Positions 1 through 64,000 of a stretch of DNA of 64,000 nt are shown here, piece by piece. The position numbers and the translations under genes were made by a program. The notes beneath the pieces are model-generated. The model saw only the letters and a program-made list of their open reading frames with translations. It was not told the DNA's origin and did no database searches. How positions within the stretch are numbered: the first letter of the stretch is position 1; each line of letters begins with the position of its first letter. Source of the stretch: Eledone cirrhosa (taxonomy: Eukaryota); the NCBI GenBank assembly GCA_964016885.1, contig OZ024741.1:173662001-173726000 (forward strand), read 5' to 3'.

Positions 1-711
1 GATGCTTTGTTTGACTTTGTTTTCCGAGTGCATTATTTATGCTTCAGGCATTCGATGATAGTTTTTGTTTGTTCTATATATAAGTATGTAGTGTATATAT
101 GTGTAGTGTAAGTGTATTTATATTTAGGGTAGTTATCGATGGTGAATAGACTGGGTGAAGCAATAACAGTCTTGTTTACGTATATATAATTATAAGATCT
201 CCCTGCTCTACAGTTAAGCTTTTACCATTTCATTTGCTATTAAAATTATATATGCTTGGTTGGGCAGAGAATCCTTATAATAATATCCACACTCTACTTT
301 GATTAAGTATAGAGTATGAAGTTGAATAATGTTCTTACTGGTCTTAACCAATAACATCTCATCCATATATATAAAGAGAGAGAGAGAGAGAGTAGAACAT
401 CGGTTCACAAACTTAATTGATTCCTGAAGGCCATTCATTACCTAAAATGTTTGGAAACCGAAACGTATTTTCCCATACAAAATGTTGAGAGAGAAATACA
501 GTGAGAGAGAGACTGTATGTGAAAGACAGATAGATATCACCATAGTAATTAACTACACAGCAATTAATGGTTTCCTGCTGACACACCAAGTTTGTTGCCA
601 GCTTGCATGTTCATTACTTGAGACAGGTTTGTGAACCAAGACATTTTATGATTGGAAACATTATTTGTGAACTGATAGTCCGACCCTCTACCGATACTGC
701 CAATCCACTCA

Positions 712-900
712 GGGCGGTGGATTGGCAGTATCGGTAGAGGGTCGGACGCCATGCTTTCCAACATAGTTACGTCCCTTTACGGTCTGAGTTCAAATCCCGC
801 CGAGGTTGACTTTGCCTTTCATCCTTACGGGGTCGATAAAATAAAGTACCAGTAATACACTGGGTAATTGCTGGCCTTGTGCCTAACGTAGAAACAATTA
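712..900 (+). mobile_element. tRNA-derived SINE family A (representative copy)
   Basis: Pol III A-box-like TGGCAGTATCGG, B-box GAGTTCAAATCC, core GCCTTTCATCCTTACGGGGTCGATAAAATAAAGTACCAG and tail GGCCTTGTGCCTAA.GTAGAAACAATTA. Near-identical copies at ~26517-26710(-), 35572-35763(-), 45930-46122(+), 48795-48970(+), 53795-54010(+), 54380-54830(+, two copies) and 60220-60750(+, two copies). Confidence 0.85.
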
Positions 901-958
901 TTTGTGAACTGATTTGTTTATGAACTGAGGTTCCACTGTATGTATATTTATGTATATT

Positions 959-962
<4 letters not shown>

Positions 963-1021
<59 letters not shown>
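963..1021. repeat. (TA)n microsatellite
   Basis: Direct dinucleotide run. Confidence 0.97.
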
Positions 1022-1023
<2 letters not shown>

Positions 1024-1029
1024 TAGTCA

Positions 1030-3985
1030 CCATTTAGAGTCCATTCCTCCATGCTAGCATGGGTTAGACAAATTGTCCAGTTGTGAAACAAGTCAGATCA
1101 AGTAACTCTTCCACATACAGAACTGGTTCTGGCTTGGTTTCTACAGCTGGATGCCCTTCCAACCACATTTACAGTGACTACTGGGTGCTTTTTGTCATGG
1201 CCCCTACATAACCACTTTACAGTGTAGGCTGGGTACTTTTTGTTGTGGCATAAAAATGACCACTTTACAGGCTGGGGATTGGGACAGTAGATCTAGGGTC
1301 ATAGATGAAGGGTGGGGTGTTAGGACATGAGAGGTGAAGGTGCATACTAAATGTGTTTCAACCAGTATACAAGGGAAGGCAGGTATTCTGTATTACTGCA
1401 TAACGCCAGAGATCACAGTCATCACCTTGGAGAGGTGCAATTGTGCAAGGGCAGCTTTTATCACCTCATCCCAAGTCTTTCTACTCTAAGGCTTCCATCA
1501 ACTTTGATAGTTCTGCACTGTTTTATACAGCTGTCATGCTTCATACTCATTACAATACCAATGGAATTTCTTCTCCTGCATTTATATTACTATTACACAT
1601 CCATCGAAGCATGCAAGCTTCATTTCTTTCCAATCTACACACAGTGCCAAGGCTTCAGTACCATGCAACATTGCTGTTCATATACATGCATTATACAATG
1701 CCCTTTGTTTTGAGGAAAAAACCTTTAGTAGTTAGCAACGGTAGTAGCTCCCTGAAATTTTCCATCCCATTCTTACTCTAACTACTGTTCTTTCAGAACA
1801 TCCACCTCCACTGTTGATTTGGTCACCCAGGTAGCAGAAGTTGTCTACTGCTTCTACGGAACCCTCCAAAAATTTCAGAGATTGTTTTCTGTGGGCGTTT
1901 GTTGCTTACTACCCTGGTGTAACGGTCATATATAAAACCTATATTCTTAGCTAACCTACCTGAGATCCCACTACATCTCTTAAATACCCATAGTTTGCAT
2001 TCAGGACAGGATGAAATTTCTACCTTCACCTTTCCTGCACACAGAACAAGGCCATTTCCCTGAGGGGATCAGAGCCCTGTTTTTCTTTCAACTTACTAGG
2101 ACCTTAGTCGTTGTCAGGTTGACTTTTAAGATCCTTTTATTCTAGGCCATGCTTCCAGATTTGGAATTTCTTCACTAATTCTGCAATAGATTCAGCTATT
2201 AGTGTTAGATCAACTGCATACACGACTTCCTATGGGCAACAAGTCCAAAACTCCTCTGTTATAGTCTGCAGGACAATAATAAATAGGAGAAGGCTAAGAA
2301 CAGAGCCCTGATGGACACCATCGTGCAGGCTAAATTCACTATAGTCATTATGGTTCCTAACTTTGCTGACTGCTTCCCTATACATGGCTTGTACAGCCTT
2401 CACAAGCCACTCATCTACTCCTAGTTTTATCTGAGTCCACAACATTATGGCATGGAGGACTCAGTCGAAAGCTTTCTCCAGGTCAACAAATGCCAGGTAA
2501 AGGGGCTTATTTTTAGCTAAGTACTTCTGTAATTACTTCACAAGGAAGAGGGCGTCAGTGGTGCCTTTACTTGGCACAAATCCGAACTGCATCTCATCTA
2601 GGTTAACCCAGTCCCTAATCAGCTGCACTATAACTCTTTCTGTTACCTTCACACAACTCCTTTATCCTTGTAGCAGATGAAAATGCTGCTGCTACACCAA
2701 TCATTCAGTATGACACCGTTTAGTATTAACTGGTTTACAATTCGAGTGGTTAAGGTATGAGCCACTATCCCAGATGGTTTCAGCATCTCAGCAACTATCT
2801 CCAATGAATAAGCTGATTTCCACATCTTCATATCCTTAACTGACTTACTTACTACACTGCTGCTGACTTGTATGGATGGACGCTCTGTTGGGTCTACTTG
2901 GGGTAGACAATCTAGCACTCATGCATTTTCTTCATTCAGTAATCTTTCATATGGATCTTCCATGCTACTTCCTTTTCAATGTCCGTGAGAATAAGTGCGC
3001 CTTTATCATCTCGGACACACTGCTTCCTGATCCTAAACACCTCAAGCCTCAAGTCTTCATGCTGCAAAACATACTTAAATTTTTTATCTTCTGCTTTCTT
3101 TCTTGCAACATATACTTGTCAACTAGCTTTCCTCCTGGCTTCCAGGTTGTGTGCCCTGTTTCCCCCATTCTTCCATTTTTTCTATGCCTGTTTCTTGGCC
3201 TTAATTGTCTCATCTACCTTACTGTCCTACCACTAAGTCATTCACCTTCTCTCTGGAGCACTGCTCCAACCACAGATCTCACCTGTCGTCTTCAGTAGAT
3301 TATTTTTCAGGAACTCCCAATGCTCCTCTCTATTGAATATCTCTATTTCTTCTTCCTTTCTGTTGTAAGCATCAAGCAAAATACTTCTGAATTTGTTACT
3401 AGTTTAGGGCTCTTTTAACTTCCATATCCTTCTCATCCAGGTTGCTTTCCATCTTCAAGTTTGTCTAGCTGAAACAATGAAGTTGCTATCTACTAAATTA
3501 TGTTGGGAGATACACTCCTTCCCAGGGAAGGATTTTGTGTTAACAACCGTCATTCTATCTCACCCTCTGGTAAGGATTAAGTCTATCTGACTTGCATGTT
3601 CATCAGATATATAGGTGATCAGATAATTGTTGGGCTTTTTGAAATTTGTGTTGCCTATAGATCAATAGAGCATTGGCATCACAGAATTCTAGAAGCCTGA
3701 AACATTCTTTGTTTCTTGCACCAAACCCATAGCCTCCGTGGACTCTATAAAAGCCCTCACTGTATTGTCCAACACATCCATTAAAGTCCCCTGCAATGAT
3801 TAGGAAGTCACTGTCATTTGTTAGAGTAGTAGTGTACATTAGTGATTTGTAAAATCTATCTTTAATTCATCTGACCACCCAGATTAGGGTGCGTATGCAG
3901 ATATAATTGTAACCATTGTTCTATTTAGGACTAGTTTAAGTTTAATGATTCTCTTGTTCACTCTATTTACAGAGATTACTTTATC
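1030..3985 (-). mobile_element. Degenerate RTE-clade LINE (APE endonuclease + RT + 3' UTR)
   Basis: Minus-strand fragments: AGDFNG..G..GYGFGARN..LLEFCDAN (APE), EIVAEMLK..W..S.I..YK.KG, GVHQGSVLSLLLFIIVL (RT) and C..CK.WV.KRCSGI. Many stops and frameshifts. Confidence 0.88.
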
Positions 3986-4419
3986 TGGAACTTAATAAGA
4001 ACAACAACACACACACACTATATACTATTTTAACACATATAGCAAATGTGCCTGACCTAATGGTAAGTGTGTTAAACTCCTGATCATAAGGTCATGTATT
4101 CGATTCCTACACCACGTGACATTTTGTGTCTTTGAGCAAGGCACTTCATTTCATGATGCTCCAGTTCGTTCAATCATTAGGGCATGTTAAGATTTAATGC
4201 TGAAAATATTCACAAAGATCTATCAAGTAGTAAAGATACTATAAACATTTGAATTAACAAACTGCTAAATTATTACAGGATGTTAAAAATTAATACTGCA
4301 AGTTCACAATGATCTATCCTCTAGTAAAGATATTATAAACATTTGAATTAACAAACAAGTTTTTAGATATTTTCCGTTAAATTATTAGAGAATGTTAAGA
4401 GTTAATATCGATGAAACTG

Positions 4420-4800
4420 CTATAAGTTCTGGGCTTCATCCAGCCTGTGTAAAATAATACCCCATTAACTTACATTGTTCTTGAACCTCTGTTGGTTCTG
4501 ACAATGAGTGTTCCAGTTGATGATCAAAGGAACAGCCTTTGTGGAATTAACATGTAACTGGCTGAGCATTCTACAGATGTGTGTACCTTGAATGTAATTC
4601 TCAGGGAGTATTCAGTGTGACACAGTCTCTGACAAGGCTGGACCTTTGAATCAGAAGTACAACTCATTTTTGCCAAATGAATTGAGTGGAGCAACATGAA
4701 ATAAAGTGTTTTGCACAAGGGGACAACAGGCCAACATAAATCAAACTCATCATCTTATGCTTATGAGCTGAACACCCTAATCAGTAAGTCACACACCTTC
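4420..4800 (-). mobile_element. tRNA-headed SINE family B (related copy at ~61520-61850 +)
   Basis: Reverse complement matches the 61520-61850 element (tRNA-like head, CAAGACACTTTATTTCAC..TGCTCCA core). Confidence 0.6.
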
Positions 4801-4894
4801 ACACACACTCACATAGTCTCATTTTCGATGCACTTTCTCATGAATGTGTTCCTGATTTGTTCAACTTCACACTGTACCTATGAATAGCCCAAAC

Positions 4895-57210
<52,316 letters not shown>

Positions 57211-58326
57211 CGTCACTGATCGGCCACACCATTAACTGTTCCTTTCTCTCATATACTCAAGTTAAACAGCTGTACAGCAGCTATCATTGTAATACACCAG
57301 ACAGTAATTTTAGCTTTTCCTACAACAAATTGGAAAATATATATGTTAGGCTCAAAAATAATTCTGACATGTTTATATATATATCAATCACAGTCATTTT
57401 ATTATCTTTTCTTATTTTTTCATGTAAAAGTGAAACATACATTAGAGTACTGCACAGGCCATCATCATCATTTAATGTCCATTCTCCCTGCTAGCAAGGG
57501 TTGGATGGGTTGTCAAGCAAAGCCACTGACTACTCAGATGGGCTGGGGGCCTGCATCTTGCTTACATACATTCCTGTACCCTACGGGGTGCACAGGTGAG
57601 AGCAACAATTAAATACTGTTCCCAAATATGGGATAGTGTTATACAAGCGAGACCTATAATAAAGTAATGGACAGGTAACACAAAAAATTACATACTCTTC
57701 CCTAATCTAGGTTAGTGATGCTGCTGCTGTACATACACACATCCTAGACTGCATTCAGAGAAAAGCTATTCAACTAATTGGCTTAAAATCACTCACAAAC
57801 ACATCCCAGCCTCTGCTTTTGATCATAAGTCAACTGAATCAGGGACAACTTGGGGCAACAACAACCAGACAAACTAGCACTTCTACATCTTTTCCTTCCT
57901 TTCTGTTACTATTAGTGAAGGTAAGTGCATTAGTATATAACTGTAATTAGTCACTGTTAATGACATGTTTCAAGTACATTATTTGTAAATAATATATTAG
58001 CAATAAAATATAATTATTATTGCTGCCTCAGCCTAGCTATATATAAACAGATACATCTCTCACAATAGGTGCAGTTTGAATACAATATAATCGATGAGTA
58101 ATTCATTAAATTGCAGTGCTGCATTCAACTCTCCACCATTAATATAACTTAGAGAAATATAAGCCTTAGGTTGACTTAACCTTAAGATGTTATCATAATA
58201 CAATATATGGTTATGTGGCTAAGATGTTTACTTCCTAACCATGGGATTTTATTTTTGATCCCACTGTATGACACCTTAGGCTAGTATCTTACTAAAGCCT
58301 TCTGAAGGAAACTGTAAGGGAGCCTG

Positions 58327-58379
<53 letters not shown>

Positions 58380-58505
58380 GAGAGAGAGAGAGAGAGAAAG
58401 AAAGAGAGAGAGAGAGAGAGATTCATTTTCGAATATCAAAACTGGAGAGATGTAGGTGACGCTATTTTGTTAGCCGAGATGAATCTGTTGAGGTATCTAT
58501 ATTTT

Positions 58506-58553
58506 ATTTAATTCTGACAAGTTCTATTAGGATGAAACATATGTAAATTAAAT
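58506..58553 (+). ncRNA. Degenerate minimal hammerhead motif
   Basis: ATTTAATT-CTGACAA-GTTC(TATTA)GGAT-GAAAC-ATAT-GTA-AATTAAAT: perfect 8-bp stem I, but core G8 and stem II are mutated. Confidence 0.55.
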
Positions 58554-58844
58554 TTTGATATATTTAACAGCGTTTGGTAATATAATTTAAACGTTTTTTC
58601 CACTACATGCAAAGCTTGTTTACGCTTTTTGAATTTTCCTGTCTGGAGTCACTAAACATGTGAATCGTAAAAAAAAAATATTTTTTTATATTATCTAATG
58701 ATTCTGATGATTTCTATACAGTTGAATTAAATGCTACCCACTTCTGTATTTGAATGAAACATCTGTAAATCTATTAAATCATATATTAAATGTTGGTTAT
58801 TTATTTGTTCCTTTTATAAATATAGATACATACAGATGCATGTG

Positions 58845-58887
<43 letters not shown>

Positions 58888-61800
58888 GCATATCTATTTT
58901 ATATAGAAATGACTTCTAAAGGACTAGAACTGTTTCATTTGTACTGAGTACCTTTTTAAACTGTGGTTACCTCCTGATACCCATTGGAAATTTACCCCTA
59001 ACTATCCTCTGGGGAAATACCTTCTCTATCCTGTGCACCAGTATCGCAAGGCAGCCAAGCCAACACATGGGCCCTCATTTTCTCACAATAGTGATTACTG
59101 GGGAGAGCAAGAAAGACGGAGGCAGTGACAGTGGGAGTTTGGTTCTTTGTGTTCAGACCTGGTGTATATATGTGTATATAAGAGAGCCTACAACAAATAT
59201 AACAACACCATTGCTACCACCAGCAACAACACCCCTACTGCCATCAGCAACCTCAATATCAGTAACAACAACACCACTACTACCACTAGCAACAAAAAGA
59301 CCAGTTACAACACTATATATGTCATCATCACTGTTTTTATGTCAACCTTTCCATGCTGGTATGGAATGGACATGACTTTTTGAGACAATGTTTTACTGCT
59401 GGACGCTTTTCCTCATACCAAACCGTTTAGTTGCTTCTTACAACATGCAGGGATACAGTGTATCTCGTCTAAGCCAAATACACAAAATTACATTGTTTGA
59501 GTATGTGTGTGTGTGTCACTATATGTGTCTCCATATTAAAAGGAAGTGGTGACGTTTGTTTATGTCTCATAAATAATATGCAGACAGCTTACCAGCCCAA
59601 TGGACATTAATAATATCATAATCATCACCGTTTTACGTCCATTCTTCCACACTAGCATGGGTTAGACAGGTTGTCCTGTTGTGGGCAGTGTCTGGTCAGC
59701 TGACCTTGTCTTGCTCATATGGGAACTGATTCTGGCTTGATTTCTACAGCTGGATGCCCTTCCTAACACCAACCTCATTTACAGTCAGTGCTGGGTGCTT
59801 TTTTCCGTGGTGCCACTTTTACAGTGTGGGCTGAGTGCTTTTTTGCCGTGGCACCTCCACAACCACTTTGCAGTGGGAGGGTGTGGGGGAATATTGTCTA
59901 TATGCTTCAGCTTCGGCTTGTATCCGTGGGGAGGGGGGGGTCTATTCTTAAATTAAATATGAACAGGAACCATAAAAAAATGGCCTCAAAAACATTTTCT
60001 GTAAATTGAAAAAAATATACAGAGAAATAAGTAAATTTAACATTGTTACTTCCTTAGATACTCAATGTGTAAATTTATATACACATTTATGCAGTCTCAG
60101 TTAACTCTATACTGTATATATACAGATATAATTTTACTGTATGACTTGGCTGCCTAGCACACAAGTTAATATATATAAAAATTAACTATTATGCAAATCA
60201 ATACGTCTATTTCAGTGATATTGGTAGATTGGCAGTTCGGTGGATGGTCAGATGCCATGCTTTGCAGCATAGAGTTTCGGCCCTTTATGATCTGAGTTCA
60301 AATCCAGCTGAGGTTAACTTTGCCTTTCATCTTTATGGGAGCAATAAAATAAAGCACCAGTAATGCACTGGGGTAATTGCTGGCCTTGTGCCAAAAGTAG
60401 AAACAATTATTTTAAGTGATAGTGCAGTGGATTGGCAATATCGGTAGAGCATCAGACAATATGCTTAGCGTAATAGACTTATGGCCCTTTATGTTCTGAG
60501 TTCAAATCCCGCCGAGGTTAACTTTGCGTTTCATCCTTATGGGGTCGATAAAATAAAGCACCAGTAATGCATTAGGGTCGATTTAATCTTCTGGAGGCTG
60601 AATTTTTTATGAATTGCTTCCCTTGATACTGTATTATGTATTAAGGGGAGATTATTCTATTGGCAACTTCTGTTGCCCACAGCACCAAGAAGATTAATCA
60701 ACTTTCCCCTCCCCCAAAATTGGTGGCCTTGTGCCTATAGTAGAAATCATTACTATAAGTGATAGGGTATATAGGCTCTTCAGTTATGTAATTCTTTGAA
60801 TTTGTTTAGCTGATATACATATCTTTTGATGAGAAACCAAAATAGTATGAAAATCATTTTAAAATATCATTTATTCAATATACAAGGGAAATATGTAAAT
60901 TTAGCATGTTTACATGTCTATCTACTCAATGTGCAAATTTGACCCCTGGCGTCACGCAGTAATACAGAAGACCCAACTTCCCATGGGTACAAGCCGAAGC
61001 TGAAGCATATAGAGAATATGCCCCTACCCCATCCCACTGCAAAAGTGGTCGTGGAGGTGCCACGGTAAAAAAGCACCCAGCCCACACTGTAAAGTGGTCG
61101 TGTAGCACTCACTGTAAATGAGGTTGGTGTTAGGAAGAGCATCTAGCTGTAGAAATCAAGCCAAAGTCAGTTCCCATATGAGCAAGACAAGGTCAGTCGA
61201 CTGGGCACTGCCAACAACAGGACTACCCGTCTAACTCATGCTAGCGTGCAAGATGATCATGATGATGATGATGATGAAATCTTACACTGTAAATGTGGTT
61301 GGTGTTAGGAAGGGCGTTCAGCTGTAAAAAAAACCCCAGTGAAATTTACAGCCCCATCAAAGCAAGGTAGAGTGTGGCCAATCGTGGCCAGACTTGTCTC
61401 TCGACACAGACAACCCGTCTGACCCATGCCAGCATGGAAAAGTGGATGTAAAACGGTGATGATGATGAATTACAGTCCCTATTTCCTCTATATTGTATAT
61501 ATAAAGTCCAAATTGTGAAGGTATGTGAGTTAGTGGTTAGGGAGTTTGGCTCACATTTATAAGGTCATGAGTTTTGATTCCTGGCTGAACATTGTGTCCT
61601 TGAATAAGACACTTTATTTCACATTGCTCCAATTCTCTTAGCTAGCAAAAATGAATTGTACCTATAAATTCAAAAAGACAGCCTTGTCACACTATTTGTC
61701 ATGCTGAATCAATCTCCTCAAGAACTAAAATAAGGATACATATGTTTGTTGAATGCTCAGCCACATGTTAATTTAACAAGCAGGCTGTTCCCTTGATCAA

Positions 61801-62251
61801 ATCAACTGAAACACTCATTGTTGGAACCCACAGAAGTCCAGTACACACAGTTCAACCCATGAAACCATGGAAAAGTGGAGGTAAAAACTACGATATCTGT
61901 TTTCATGATAAAATGTTTCTTGAATTCTTCAAACAACTACTAACGTCTTGAAAGCTGGTAGCTATATTATTTATCAGGAACTACTTCAGAAATCAACATT
62001 CTTGTAGAATACTTGTATTTCACATGGCTGCTTGGATCTCATTCTCAAGATCTGTTATACAGAAAACAAATAATCAATAGTATTAAAGAAACATCAAGTA
62101 TGCACACACACTACAAACATGCATCAATATATATATGCATATTCATACATACACATTCATATATTCTTACATACGCACATATATATACACAATATACATA
62201 TATCCATACACACACGTCAAACTATATTAACATTGACAACAAACTATGATT

Positions 62252-63950
62252 TGTTGGATTATTATTTAATGAATAATGAACACTGACAAATGTAAGAAAG
62301 ATAAGTCTACCTCTGAAGTTCGGCCATATTGCCATGCAAGGTGAGAATATTTACTGCGACCCAGTTCAACACCAGGTCTGCAGTAAATGAACATAGTCAA
62401 TAGTTCGTCCTCTACAAGTCACAGGTAATGCTCTACATAGCTCCCCTTCAGAAGTGTTAACTGTTATTGGAACCAATAAGGTGTTTTTACCACCCCTTTT
62501 AGTGTGTTTAGTTACTTGATTCTTTAGCAACTGTTTATCATTAGGGTTCGGTGTGACTTGCCTAGTACAGCCTCAGGTTTGGTTTGGTTTGGTGGGTGAG
62601 TGACTTGAATAGGGCCATCAATGTTGAGATGGGCTGGCTTCAATCCATCTATGGAAACTGTGTCTTGTAGTCCTCCTATCAAGAGCTGAAATGATTAGTT
62701 CTCTGGATGAATCACTTTGCATGGCCCATCAATGGGTGACTGAGGGAGGTTTTGCCATGCATCGCAACAAATCAAAATAAACTTTGCTTTATAGATCTTT
62801 GGTGTACCGTGTGTTGACATGGGGGTCAAGCGTAACTGGCCCATTTCTCAGCCGTTTAAGATACATTTTAGCATCGGAGTCTAATTTCTTGTTTGGCATG
62901 AATTCATCAGGTACAGTAAATGGGGTGTTGTACACCATTTCTGCAGATAAAGTGTTAAGGTCTTTCTTTGGGGCAATGCAGATTCTTAGCCCCACCCATG
63001 ATAGTTGGTTGATTTAGTTGGGTCCATTAAGTCTAATGATGAGGGGCTCTTTCAAGTGGCAGTGAAATTGCTCCATCCAGCTGTTGGCTTGGGGGTGACA
63101 GGTTGTTGTGTGTTTCATATTGATGCCAAAAAGCTGACACGTCATTTGAGTTGAATTGAGGTCTGCTGTCTGACGAGATGCTTTCTGGGACACTGAAATG
63201 GGTGACCCAGTTTGTAACAAAGGCACAGGTGATTTCTAGTGTTTCTGTAATGCTGAACGACATGGCCTCAGGCCAATACATGAAGCAGTCCACCATTATC
63301 CACAGGTATGAGCAACCCAGCAAAGGTGGTAGAGGACCAACGAGGTCAATGTTGATTCTGTATGCTGATGTATTTTAGCTTGTTGGTAGAGGATACAGGT
63401 TTTGGTCTACTGTCCAATTTGCTTGGCCATACCATACCAGACAATTTGGCATGACATCAGGTGATGTGTGCCTCTGGTACCAGGGTAGGAGAGTCTGTGA
63501 ATCATGTCAAAAACTTTATGATTCCAGGTTAATTTAAAGATTGGTCATGGTTTCCCAAAGGAGCGTTGTTCCATTGGAGTCAAAATGTATATCATGCAAG
63601 GAAAGAGAAGTGACAGTAGGCCCAGACATCATCATCTTTTTGTTGAGCTACAGTCATAGCCTCATAGTTGAGACCTTCTTTTATCGAGGCTATGTGGCTG
63701 TCAGAATCAATAGGGGCTTGTGAGAGTGCATCAGCAATGAATGATGAACATTGATAAATGTAAGAAAGATAAGTCTACAGCTGAAGTTTGGCCATATTGC
63801 CATGCAAGCTGGGAATATTTACTGCCACCCAGTTCAATAGCAGGTTCAGAGTAAATGAACACAGTTCAAATGTAATTCCTTCCAGCCTAAAGGGACATCG
63901 CCATAATAAAAAGCTGAGGAGTTAAGAAGTTTACTTTACAATTACAGGCT
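62252..63950 (-). mobile_element. Internally deleted, decayed Gypsy element (RNase H end + integrase between two LTR remnants)
   Basis: IADALSQ, INIDLVGPLPP..WPEA, SDSRPQF and HPQANSWMEQFH; direct repeats ~62268-62400 and ~63736-63870; PPT GAAGGGGAG followed by TGTAG at 62437. Confidence 0.8.
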
Positions 63951-64000
63951 CCCATGACAGTAGGAATTCAAACTCTTCATATTAAATAGCTGAAGGGTTA

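Noticed and set aside
214-480. Possible next (COR) exon of the ROCO gene
   Set aside because: No COR-like motif in any frame I read, and the ORF runs through a (GA)n repeat.

Overview
AT-rich, repeat-dense animal genomic DNA. The RTE-LINE, tRNA-SINE and microsatellite landscape suggests an octopus/cephalopod (inference). Reading splice sites by hand gives one large minus-strand gene with 8 phase-compatible GT-AG coding exons (57210 to 4895, 1599 nt, 533 aa, continuing past the left edge). It encodes an N-terminal Neuralized homology repeat (NHR) domain fused directly to a Roc (ROCO-type) GTPase domain: P-loop GKDKVGKTS, switch I TDGVDL, a ~160-aa insert, switch II WDFAGQ, and a G4 motif THRN with Asn in place of the usual Asp. 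The introns and upstream region hold a two-LTR Ty3/Gypsy element (CsRn1-like CHCC gag, predicted -1 frameshift signal), an internally deleted Gypsy, RTE, R4-like and CR1 LINE fragments, many SINEs, Tc1/mariner and TTAA-flanked MITEs, three Penelope-type minimal hammerhead ribozyme motifs, and several tandem arrays. Most ORFs in the supplied track are microsatellite or repeat artefacts.
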